A program made the position numbers and the translations under genes. Shown here in pieces: positions 47,753 through 59,284 of a stretch of 64,000 nt of DNA. The notes beneath the pieces were generated by a model. That model did no database searches and was not told the DNA's origin. It saw nothing but the letters and a program-made list of their open reading frames with translations. Each line of letters starts with the position of its first letter. Positions within the stretch are counted from its first letter, which is position 1. The DNA is from Podarcis bocagei (taxonomy: Eukaryota), in NCBI GenBank assembly GCA_964188305.1, contig OZ076886.1. One strand, written 5' to 3'.

Positions 47753-50700
47753 TGTTCTCCCTTGATCTCAGTAAGGGAACAGTCGTGGCTGAGCTGATCT
47801 TTCCGGCAGGAGACGCAGAGGCACCGTGCAGGGACTACTAAAACCATCGGACGAACACGAGCGGGCAGAACCGGGTTCAAATCTCCGCTCAAGCCAGAAA
47901 CTCATTGGCTGGCCATTGGATGCTCTCTCTCTCCCGATCCCTAATGTTGTTTTAAAGAGGACAAGTGGGAGAAGAGAGACCTCGTTTTGCCCCCCTCGAG
48001 TTGCTTTGGAGAAAAGATACGGTAAGAATCATAGGAGCCAACCTCTAGTGGCCGAGGGGTCTTTGCCCCCCCCCATAAAATATTTGAGGGGGCCCACAAA
48101 GTTGATGGGCATTGCCATTCAAATGATGATAGATTACGTGGGGCGGGGCTTACCTTCCTCCCCCCACCCAAATATTTTTCTTCAGGTTGTTAAGAATGGT
48201 CCTAAATAAATATGGACGAGATGCTTCCAAATCGGGAGCCTTTGGGCGCATCCTTCATGAGGACTGGGCGCTTCTTTGAAGGACCACGCAACCCAGCTTA
48301 GGTGTCAGCTGCCCACAAAATTCCCCGTGAAGAGGCCGGGCACCCACACATTTCGGCGCCAGGGCCATGCACGCAGCATGACACCCACAGCCCCGGGAAC
48401 CCACGGTCGCGGGACCAAGCTGGCTCTTCTGCTACCGAACCAGCCTTTCTGGGCTTGCTAATTGCTGGCTTGGCGTCGCGCACAGCCGAAGGGAAACACG
48501 CCGCAGCAAACAATAATTAAGCGAGCACCGCGTCTACGGGGAAGGAGACGCTCCCGACCAAAACTTGGCTTTTCTGATAGAGCTGATCGCTGTCCTTTCT
48601 CAGCGTGAGACATTCAGGGTCCAAGATGGCCCGAGATGGCTGGGATGCAAGACTAGGTGGGAGAGAACGGGGCGAGAGTGGAAACTCTGCCTCCAGGAAA
48701 ATCCTAAAATTAAATCATCTAGTCGCTCTGGAGTTGCCCCTCTCTGTCCTTCCACCCACCCCCGTTTTGTTGTTGTTTTTCCCGAAGGTAAGGTGACTTC
48801 CGGGGGGGCACGCTTATAATTCAGAAGTTTCTTAATGAAATACAAGCCGCGGTTCGTTCCGTGGCTACTGGTTCATCGCTCGCTTGAGAGAGGCTTTTAT
48901 CCCGCTTAAATATGCGGTAGTTGCTGCTACTCATACCGACGACCCGCAGCAACATGAGCTTACTCCTGAGTAAGGTAAACGACTTCACGGACCCCCAAGA
49001 CAAAGAGAGCTAAGAGATAGGGTGGCCGTGGTTGTTCTCAGAGGCGGCCAGCGCGAGTTGTACTCTTTTTTCTTCTTCTTTTTTTAGCAGGAAAGATCCC
49101 GGGGTGCCGGACGGCCTTTATCATTCCCCAAGCCAGAGTGCTGCCTGCAGGATCCCACTTGAATCCGGGAAGCTCAGGTTCAAATCCCCACTCAGCGAAG
49201 AAACTCAGCCTACCCTCCCTCTCAGGGTTGTTGTGCCATAATGTACGAGAAGGAGGAGGGGATGAAAAGTTAACTTTTTCAGATCAGGCGTCGGCTGTTC
49301 TCCTTCAGGGAGGGTTGTCCTTTAACTCCCCCCCTCCATCCTCCCCCCACCCCCGCCCAAGTGACCACGGAAGGTTATTCTAAGTCTAAGGCATCGAGTG
49401 ACCGCCCCCCTTGGGTGCTCCGCAGTCTGGCCAGATTAGCAGAACTCCTGCGCATTTCGCTCTGTCTGGTCATGGGAGAAGATAGCTAGGACTTGGGGAG
49501 ACCCGCAGAGGACGCTCGGCATGAAAACGACTTCTGCTTCCCCAGAGCTGCCAGAAATGCGATAGTACTCTCCTAGCAACGTCAAGGCTAGCGGAGAGTG
49601 GGGAGGCTATGGAGGCAGTTCCGGAGAGAGCAAGAGGACGCTTCTCCACTGCTGTTATCTCCATAGCTAACCTTGAGCTGCAGCCGCTCCTTAATCCTAA
49701 ACGAAGCGCAGCAGGCCGAGGGCTGTCCGGCCCTGTTCTGCTCGAGCTTGCCGTCCTTGCATTTAAAATCTGAGGTGGGGGCGCTTTTCCTACTCTTGGT
49801 TCGTACTTTACTTCAAGCTCTCCAGACTGGCGATGCAGAGACTGCTCCTCTAAAGGTTAAGATAGGGCTTTCCTTCCCGTTTACTTCGCATTTGCTCAGT
49901 TTAGAGCATTACTTGGTGTGTGATCCCATTGATGACTTGGCTAAGAGGAAAACTTGCATCGTGTGAGCATTTCCTACCATTGAAGTCAACGGGAACGGGA
50001 ATGACCCCCCCCCCGCGATTTTGTTGGATGCAATAACGCGCGCGCGCACACACACACACACACTCCTGGCCCCGCTCCACTTAGAAACCCAGGAGAACCG
50101 CTTAGGAACCTGCGAGGGGGAAAGTCCGAGATGGACCCCTGCCTTTCAGTGTTCACCAATGCAGCTTCCACTACTTGGTGAGTATCAGCTGAGCAACAAA
50201 TAAAAATAATAGGGTTCTACTCTCGTTTTTAGCCTCCGGTATATTCAGGTCACTGTTGGAATGAGTGGCAGGGAGGTCTTAGACTGGAAATAATGTGGCA
50301 ACAGGATGGGAGTTAAAAAAAACAGGCCGGTATAAGCAGAGAGACCAAAGCAAACCACTGGGAGAAATTCCTAGCCCAGTTCCCTTTCTAGTCTGGTAAT
50401 AAATTTTATCATCTGGCTGGGCTATAGTTCAGTCTACCTATGGAGATCTAGGTCTCTTCCAGGGCTTAAATGTCTTCTTAAGCTGCCCCCGCTTCCCCTT
50501 GAGAGATGTGTTCCAACAAAGATAGTCACAGGCAGCATCTTTTCCCCTTGACTGAAACATCTCACTCAGGAAATGGTACCCAGCACAGCCCCCTCTGGTT
50601 ACTGCAGCAGAAGCACTGCTGAGTCAGCAAAAGTGGCCCAGTCCCCTCCCCGCCTCTTCCCCCCCCCAACCCAGCCACAAGCCTTTCCAGCAGGGAAACA

Positions 50701-50788
50701 CATTGCCAGCAGCCCTCTGAATTGCAAAGGGGGGGGGGTTGCATCTCTCTTGCACTCCACAGAGCAACAAACAAAACAAAGCCAAGTC

Positions 50789-50794
50789 TCTATT
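50789..50794 (-). terminator. Candidate variant poly(A) signal of CBX8 (AATAGA)
   Basis: Minus strand reads TTGTAAATAGAGACTTGGC then a GT-rich run TTTGTTTTGTTTGTTG, at the end of AT-rich UTR-like sequence. Confidence 0.4.
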
Positions 50795-52445
50795 TACAAA
50801 GTCGTATATATATTTCAGTTCACATAAAAAGCAGGTACTGTATTAGACATTCAACACTGGCCGAAGACACCTACTTAAGCTTCACTTCTGAGACTTGTTA
50901 GGCCAGATCCATGATTATAGGTTTTGTATTTTCTTTTCCTTTTTTTTTTTTACAAAGAGAATTAAATAACTCACACGCACATACATTCAATATATGTAAC
51001 TATGTACATACACATATACACCCACATGTATGTTTAGCTTTTATATACCCATGGATGTGCGTCGAGAGACACACGTCCGTCAGTGGCACAGAGCCACCTT
51101 TGACACCTGAGGAGGTAGGGACCGCATTTGTGATCTATTTTCAACCCAAGAGGCATTCCTCCTGGCCACTACCCTTTCCCCAACCCCAAACCCTCCAGCC
51201 TCTGTAGCAGGACTACAGAAACCTTTGTCAACATACAAAAAGCTGACATACATATTCCCCACCCACCCCATGTAGGAGAACTGAACGCATCTGCAGTTTG
51301 TTTCATGAAGTTTTTGAACTGAGTTTGCAATATTGGCTTCATTTTAGAAAGGAGGGGACAGAAAACAAGAACCTGACTTACTTCCCTCATTACAGTCCCA
51401 ACAAAAATCCCCACATTTGTTTCGTTGGAAGAAACCTCCAAAATAATGAACAGAAGCAAGGAGGTGGGTGAAGAAGCAAGACATTTCTAGCTGATCCCAG
51501 AGAAAGAAAACAGCCCTCCTTGTGCTTCCTTCTTACACCCAACCTTCGTCCTCCCCATGTCTCATTATGCCACATGTGCTTTCATCCCCAGCGCCGTCCC
51601 CAAATTAGAGCATGCTTTAAAAGGTTCCAGCAAGTAGGCCATTCAGAGAAAAGACAGAGAAGGCTACTCACCCCCCCTGCCAGGCCCTTGGAGACTGCTA
51701 GACAGATTTGTGCTTTTTGAACCAAGAAGAGATGCTTAAATCAATATCTATTGGGACACCACAACACCTGCTAAACACAAACGAGAGCAAAGCCAGCCTC
51801 CCATTCTGCACACATCCCCTCTTAACGTGGGAGGGTCTAACGCAGGGTTAGGAAACAAATTTGCATTCCGGGAAAAAAACAACAACTGGAGGGAGCTGAA
51901 TATAGCAACGCATTTTACAAATCTTCAAATGTCAAGAGTGCTTTATGCAAGGGAGCAGGAAAAAGGGGTTTATGTTCAGCATAAAACTGGCAGGTGAAAA
52001 TAACTATTTGACTATTGATCACAGAAAGAAGAATCTCGTGTGGGACTGGGGGTAAGGGGGGGGGCGGAGCAGAATATACTTCTTCCCAGAAAGTACAAGA
52101 GAAAGAAAGCCACATATAAACAGGCAGCTTGCTTTGTAACTGATCTTGTGCCCCTAATTAAGTGTCTTTTAAAGAGGAGCTGCTTTCTCAGCCTCTATAA
52201 TGGAGGCTTAACATTTCTGAGGAAGATAAAGATCTTCCCTAACACACCTTTTTAAAGACCCATCTAACAACCAGGGAAGAAGGTCAATTGTGGGGAAGTT
52301 GGTGGGGAAGAGAGAGGAGGTTTACTTTCAATGTAACAGCAGGATCGCCTAAAATATGAGCAGTGAGATACTTTCCTCCCCAACTTTTCTGGCATGTAAG
52401 GAATGTAAACAGATTTTTCTTTTTTTGGAGTGACTAGGGAAGGAC

Positions 52446-52447
52446 GA

Positions 52448-52495
<48 letters not shown>
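52446..52495. repeat. (GAAA)n microsatellite, ~12 copies, in the probable CBX8 3'UTR
   Basis: Perfect tetramer run. Confidence 0.95.
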
Positions 52496-53367
52496 CCAGA
52501 ACAAGTTAAGCTAAACTATCAGCTCAGTTACTTCTCCCCACCCCCTTCTCCCCACAAGTCATTTTAAAGTGCATGACAGCAGCTACACTTTTTCGGAATC
52601 TTGAAACATACAAAGCCCCTTTTCCCTTGCAAGAAAAGGTAATTCAAGTTAATACTTCTTTGCTAAAACATCTTTCGGATTTTTGTTTTTTTAATTGACA
52701 CGTTTTATAGCAACAACTTAAAAAAAAAAACTGGAGCAAAACATATGAAAGACAATACTGTAAAGTCAAGTGCTCACTTCAGCTGCCCAGCTAGAACAGT
52801 TGTGTATACAGCACACTTGATTGTACAAAGCAACACCTTATAATATAACAATCAAGAAACTGGAGACCTTTTATCGTCCCCCCAGGTGAATATAATACCC
52901 CCTATTTGCCCTCATCTTCTTTGGGGGAAGGGACAGGGTAAAAAAAAGGAAAACAAACAAACCAGAAAAAATGAAATCAATATGTTATAATTAGCTAATA
53001 AGGTCATTCACTATCTACACCTGCTCTTGCAACTGAAGTAAGACATACATCAGTTCTGTTTTTTTTACTGTCCTTCTCCAAGAGCCTTAAATAAAAAACC
53101 AACAACTTAGAGTTGAAATATATATGTATATAGATATATATATGTATTTTTCTTTAAATAACATATTTACATCTAATAGAAAATATAACTCTAGAGATAA
53201 TTTTTCCAACCAAAATTGAAATTGGTGGTGAGGGACTAAATGAATGAGTTAAGGACAGGTGTTCCCCCCTCCCCCTCCCCCAATCCTGTCCAATAAACCA
53301 AAAATCCATAACCAGACAACAACCTCTACCCCAAACCCTTTAGATGCCTCCTCTTCTCAAAGGGAAT

Positions 53368-54216
53368 TCATCGCTTTTCCTTGAAGAACCCTTGGTCTGT
53401 GCTGCTCTCCTTAATGGTAACTGTCAAGAAATTAGACGTCACATCAGTGACTACCACTTTCTCCAAGTTGTTGAGAGATGGGCTCCAAGCTTCCTCTTCC
53501 GGGTCACCAAGGATCCTGGAGACAGGGATGCGGGCAATGAGAGAAGGCCTCCCAGCCTGGGTCCCTATACCATCTCGGTATAAGCCGCCTTGGCTCGCAG
53601 AGCTGTGCAAGATCTTAGGGGCGCCCAAGTCCAAACTACTTTGCCCTTTCGGATCCAGAAAATCTGCCCTGTGCTTTGTTAGCCTGGGGGGGTAGGCCTC
53701 AGGTGCACACAGCTTAATGCCAGCTTCTGCTCTGGGGCTGGAGACAGCGCTGGGTAACTCAGGCTCCCGTCTCCGAGCTAACTGGATCACGCTGTGTCCT
53801 GAGCTGAATTTGGCTGTGCCCGGGTTAGCTGCCTCCTCCAGTTTTCTGGCCTTTAGGTAATCGACCACGGCCTTGTCCCCTGGTTCCACCGATTTCCGCT
53901 TGCAGGTGACGTCAGCCGATTCAGACAGGTCTTTGTAGAGTTCTTTCCTGGGCTTGGGGCCTCGCTTTTTAAAGGCTGCTTCAGACCGGTCTTCCTCTGC
54001 CCCAATCCTGTTTTCCTGGATGGTCTCTACCCGGGAGGTGTTGGTGGTAGCAGTGGCGGAGGTGCTTTGAGGGGGCAATGGGATTTGCCTCAGTCCTTCC
54101 CTAGCACGGGAAGTAGAGCCCATCTCCTGGGGGGACCTTCCTGGGTACGGCACCCGGATCCCCCGAGCAGAGTCGCTACGGAATTCATAGGTCTTAGCTT
54201 TGGCTTTTGCCTGGGC
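53368..54216 (-). CDS. CBX8: CBX8 coding exon 5 (AQAKAKAKTYEFRSDSARG...Pc box); spliced protein 364 aa
   Basis: In frame with ORF 53368..54276; RPSLIARIPVSRILGDPEEE and Pc box LEKVVVTDVTSNFLTVTIKES..GFFKEKR; exon total 1095 nt. Confidence 0.97.
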   Translation of the reverse strand, partial: AQAKAKAKTYEFRSDSARGIRVPYPGRSPQEMGSTSRAREGLRQIPLPPQSTSATATTNTSRVETIQENRIGAEEDRSEAAFKKRGPKPRKELYKDLSESADVTCKRKSVEPGDKAVVDYLKARKLEEAANPGTAKFSSGHSVIQLARRREPELPSAVSSPRAEAGIKLCAPEAYPPRLTKHRADFLDPKGQSSLDLGAPKILHSSASQGGLYRDGIGTQAGRPSLIARIPVSRILGDPEEEAWSPSLNNLEKVVVTDVTSNFLTVTIKESSTDQGFFKEKR

Positions 54217-54439
54217 CTGCAACAGAACAGAACAGAACTGGATTGATCTAATACTTTGCCACAGCAGCTTCATCAATTTAGCTTATAAAGCAATCACAGT
54301 GTTTGTTTTTCCCTCTGGTGCACACACAGATATAAACACAGCAATGGAATCATCCCTCATTAGCAATGCTGCTTTTTGAAAGTGATTTCTGTTACACCCA
54401 GAAGACACCTCTCTCTTTATCCTGTACACTTCCTCTTAC

Positions 54440-54506
54440 CTTTAGCAAAAACGTTTTGGGTTTGGGGCCTCGTTTCTTAGGACCATAAAGTTCCATTTCT
54501 CTTTCC
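54440..54506 (-). CDS. CBX8: CBX8 coding exon 4 ([22 protein letters not shown])
   Basis: tttAG acceptor; 67 nt; donor GTAAGA; AT-hook-like KKRGPKP. Confidence 0.97.
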
Positions 54507-54637
54507 CTAAATAAGGTTTTTAAAAGGAAAAAGGGAAAAAAATTAAAAAACTCCAGAAGATCATAGCATCAGATTAGCACTGCTCCAAAACACAGTGATA
54601 TGGGTAAAAAGTAATTCCCCCTGCCTAAAGAGCATAC

Positions 54638-54703
54638 CTTTCCTCAAAAGCTGCAAGCAGACGTGCATCTAGAATATTTTCCTCAGGTTCCCAGGTGCTG
54701 TAT
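54638..54703 (-). CDS. CBX8: CBX8 coding exon 3 ([21 protein letters not shown])
   Basis: TAG acceptor; 66 nt; donor GTATGC. Confidence 0.97.
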
Positions 54704-54928
54704 CTAGCCAAAGGAGAAGGAAAACAAAATGAGGTGGTGTGAGGGGTTGTTTCTTTAATGCATTCTTATTTTCCAGAACAGAACGAGTGCATGGTAACTT
54801 AAAAGATCGTCCAGTCCATCCCTCTTTCCATTAAAACACTATATTCAATTTTACTGCAAAATAAAACAATGCCAACACCATCCTAAATACACATTCAGCT
54901 TCAAGGACTGCCTTTGACAGTTACTTAC

Positions 54929-54972
54929 TTTTGAGACCAGCCCTTCCATTTCACAAGATATTCCATACGACC
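54929..54972 (-). CDS. CBX8: CBX8 coding exon 2 (GRMEYLVKWKGWSQ)
   Basis: ctacAG acceptor; 44 nt; donor GTAAGT; chromodomain core. Confidence 0.97.
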
Positions 54973-55249
54973 CTGTAGATGTCAAGAGGAGAAGACAAAT
55001 TAGCATGCATTTCAGGAAAAGGAGGGGGCGGTCCAGAAGAATGCAATACAACGCTCAAAACCATGCTTGTAATAAAAACCAAAGGTGCACTCAAAAGCAT
55101 GTGTCAGGGGTGTGGGTGTGTGCAGTGTGTATGTGTGTGTTGCTGGTGGCCAAAAGGGTGCCACAAAAATGCACACACAAGCGGCAAGGGCGGAAAGAGA
55201 GAGAGAGAGAGAGAAATCCATACATGAAAAAGGGGGCGTGCTGCAAAAA

Positions 55250-56300
55250 ACGTGATCAAACATGCATGCAGCGAATGCGTGCAGCGAAAGATCCGTGCAG
55301 CAGCCCGAACGGTGCATGCATGCAAAGGAAGGAGGCGCAGGAGCCGCTTTCGATGGCGGTGGCGCTGGCACCGTGCGCAACGCGAGCAGCAGCCCGGAGG
55401 AAGCGGCGGGGCTCCGGAGTGCTGCTGCTGCTGCTGCATCAGAAGGAGAAGGCAGGGGGGAGCAGCCGGGCCAGCGCCGCTCGCTCGCCTGCCTGCCTGC
55501 CTGCTTGCCTGCGGCCTCGCGCGGGGCCTGCGGGCCCGGGGGCGGCGCGCACAAAGCCCCGACGGGCGCTTCCCGTGCGCGCGAGGGCACCTACTTTGCG
55601 GATGCGTCTCTTGAGCAAGGCCTCGGCCGCGAACACCCTCTCACCGACGGCGGAGAGCTCCATGTTTACTCGGCCGCGGGCAGCAGGAAAGCGGCGGCAG
55701 CGGCGGCGGCCAGCCCAGCCCAGACCATAATACTCCGCTCGCTGACGTCAGCCGTCGCCCTCCCTCGCCTGCCTCCGCACTTGTTGCTGGCGGAGCCTGG
55801 CTGCCTGGCTGCGTGCGCGCTCGCTCCCTCGGAGCAACCGCGGCGGTGGAGGGAGAGCAGAGGAGAGAGGGAGGCCGCCGCCGCTACCGCTGCCGGAGCT
55901 CCTCCGCTCGGCCTGGGCCCGGCTCTTCCCCCGGCCGCGCGGCGCCCGCCTCCCTGCGACGTGAGCCGCGTTTCAATCGCAAGGGGGCGGCGCCCAAGGA
56001 GCAGGGAGGCAGGAGGGGGCGGGCAGGCTGCGTCCCAAGGAGGAGGAGGAGGAGAGCAGGGAGGGGGCTCTCCGGAGGGGGGAGGGAGGAGGGGGTCCTC
56101 AGCTGTCTGGTTCTGGAGACCGGGGTAGGGGGAGGGGTGCACATCTAGGCAGCCCTCCCCAGCCGCCACCCCCTTCCCCCTTTCGCAGAGAGACGCTGCA
56201 GCCTGGACTCGCTGCAGCTTGCCAAGGCACTCGGGCCCACGGCCTGATCTTCTCCCTATTCACCGTGGGGTAGGGGGGTGGGGGTACGGGGCGAGGATGC
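55250..56300 (-). promoter_or_regulatory. CpG island / promoter of CBX8 with perfect CRE (TGACGTCA, 55743-55750)
   Basis: Dense CpG around exon 1; palindromic CRE ~80 bp upstream of ATG; GGGGCGGG box near 56016; boundaries approximate. Confidence 0.85.
55595..55663 (-). CDS. CBX8: CBX8 coding exon 1 (MELSAVGERVFAAEALLKRRIRK)
   Basis: aacATGG start; CBX8 N-terminus; 69 nt; donor GTAGGT. Confidence 0.97.
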
Positions 56301-59258
56301 GGGGTGGTGGTGGGAAGGAGGGTGGAATAAATTCAGTGGCATTTCTAGAAGCCGATGATACTATAACGGTTTTATTGTGTGTGTGTTTCAAACGACTTAT
56401 TTACAAAATAAACGACGACGACGCCTCCCTAAGCCTTGCAGAGAAACTCCCCCCCATCCGAAGATCAGGGGGGTTGGTAGAATAATAAAGGGGGTGTCCA
56501 CGCCGGGTGAATGGGGATGCCAAGTTTCCTCGGCTTGGGTAGTGGACAGGTTTGGGAAATCGATGGCGTTCTCGATCCTCTAGGCAAGGACGGTTTGGTG
56601 GCGAGCGTGGCGCGCATTGCAAAAATAAATGAAATAATTTAGCCTATCCTTCACCCCCCCCCCACACACGCCCGCCTCTCCTTCCTCACACCGCGTAAAG
56701 TGCCTTTTAATAGCGGGAGGAGGAGGCGGGACTAGAATGAGTTAGGTACCACCACCGAAGCCGCCAGCCAGCGCGCTGCCTTCCTGCACCCAGCTCAAGC
56801 AGACGCTGCATTTCCTGAACAGCAGCAGCAGCAGCAGCGACGTTTGTGCAGAGAAAGGGATTTGGAAAAGAAGGGGGGGATAGCCCTCAAATGGACACAA
56901 TGGGCTGGAAAAGTCGACTCAGCAAGCGAGCCCCCCATCTCTTTTTCGGTGGCACCAGAGCAAGAGGAGGACTGCTGCTCCTGGGACTGGACCTCTTTCC
57001 TTCCCAAGATCCAGACACACCAGAGCCGGGTCGCTTTCCTAGGCAGCCTTCGGTCGCCAAGGAAAAGCCTCGCTCCGCTCCCTCGTCCACCTCTGCCGAA
57101 ACCAGGGGGGCTCCTGCGCTTTTCCACGAGCAAAGCGTTCGCCTTCCTCTCGAGTTCTGCTGCGTAGAAAAGTTGAAACGCAGCAGCCGTTTCGTTTTAT
57201 GGCAACATATTGAGCAAAACTCGGTTGAACTTTGACTTAAGGCATATTTGCAGCATGACACATGCAGACAGATACGGGGACGGGGGTTGTGCACGTGTGT
57301 GAGAGGGATGCGGAAATATGCGATAGAAAAACCATAAACGCGCGATTTGCGCGGTGGAGAAAGAGTCTCTGTTACTTATTACCGATCTTTATTGACCTTT
57401 CCGTCCTAGGTGGGGAGGGATCTGAGCGGTGATAAAGTTAAACAGGAGATCCTAACTTTGTCTCCTTACTTGGCGGTAAGTTCCACGGACATCATGACTC
57501 CCCACTTCAGAGTTAAGCACGTGTGGGATCCGAGCGAAAGAAACCTACGAAGCTGCGATCCTAAGTACACTTCTTTGACATCAGTTTGGCTTTACCAACA
57601 AAACGTTTCCTGTGAACTCCGGGAATGACGGACAGACAGGGAGGGAGTTTTTGGCTGGATGGCTTTTGAAGACCCGCGCCCCATCCAGAAGTCAGTTATG
57701 CCGGATAATTTTGACGTGATCCCCAAATCAGGCTTCAAGATGAACTATTTCTGTCCAACTGCTTGAAGTCTGGAGCAAAAAACAACAACAACAAAACTCA
57801 CTCCACAGGGACAGACAGACTTACTTACTATTCAGTACTGTATACAGATTTTCTCTTTCAGACGATTCGCTGTGCTTGTGCTGATAGGGTATAAAAAGGA
57901 CCAAAAGTCAATATAAATGTATCAGAGTTCAGATCAATAGAGTAGCTAGTTGGGAGTTTAAAAGATACCCAGATAGTTTACCACGATATAGCTGCTTCCC
58001 CAAGGATGGATGGATTAGATGGAGGTATATTATATATTGTATTATGGGTTAATAAAGCATATAACACTGGCGCGGGGAGACGACTGCACGAGGTTATTTA
58101 CAAATTACGTAAAATAAAAATAAAATAAAATAATCACCTCATCGGACAATAGCAGCCAAAACTTTTCTCCTTTTTAAAGAAGCCAGCCGTGGACTACAAA
58201 GTCTTTCTTCGCAGCAAGAACGAGCGGTGCCAGCAATACAGCTGTTTCTGCTTAAGTTTAAATACTTTCCAACAGTTTGGGTAGTGAAAATAAAGCCGAC
58301 CTCAAGAGCCTATAATACGAGGCTCCGGTTTCCTCGCGCCAAGTACCTCTGGGCTTAGCTTTTCGCAAGTTTGCTCGAGCAGGAGAGAAAAAGAGAGAGA
58401 GAGAAAATACTAATAATAAATAAAATAATATAATATAACGTAAGGACGGCTGAGGGAGAGGAGATGATGAGGCGTTCGTCGCGTCCCACAAGGGGTGTCA
58501 CAAGTGTCTGGGGGTTTGTAAACAAAGTGGCCCCGTGTGTGTGGAGCGATCAAGGCGTTTCTCTCCACTGAGAGACGGTGCCTCTTCCCCTCTTCCTTCG
58601 ACCTCCCCTCCCCGCACTGTCGGGCTCCTCTTGCCGAACCATCCTGCAAGTTTCCCCCCTTAAGCCGCCTCCCCCGCCCTCCATCCCCTTTAAATCACTA
58701 ATGGCTCTTTAAGACTGCAGCTATTTGTTTTAAGATACTATTTCTCTGCGTTTCATCCCTCAGTGACTTTACTGCCTCTTTACTCCAGTTAACTGTGTTT
58801 ACTTTTCAGACGATTTGAAGGGACTCAAGAAGAAGTTCAGGCGCTGCGCGGAGAGGGGAGGCAGATAGGCTGGGCGTCATCTCCCGCCGAGTTTCAAAAA
58901 CAAGGGAGGAAGGAACCACTTTTCCTTCTCTGTTCCGACGTGATCTGAACAGAAAGGATGGACTCGACCCGAAGAGTGGTATGGTTCAAAACTTAATATG
59001 CATTCTGGTGCTATTTGCCACGACCAGGGGCGGAGGGGATATTTATAATAATAATTTTTTTAAAAAAAAAGTAAAGAGTTTTGTGCAGCTCCTAGCACAG
59101 TGCTTGAGCAAAATAAATCAGACAGCAATAGTAAGATCGCTTAGTTAGGTACGCACGTGATATCAGTGTCAAGGGTGTGCGGTGCTTTCCATTCTAGCTG
59201 AAACCCAGCATTTATCTCCACGATCTTACGTATTGGCTTTTATGGCTTCAGCAGTCAT

Positions 59259-59284
59259 CAATCAATCAATCAATCAATCAATCT
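59259..59284. repeat. (CAAT)n microsatellite
   Basis: Tetramer run. Confidence 0.9.

Noticed and set aside
55005-56169. Several long Ala/Arg/Gly/Pro-rich ORFs on both strands
   Set aside because: Low-complexity by-products of the CBX8 CpG island
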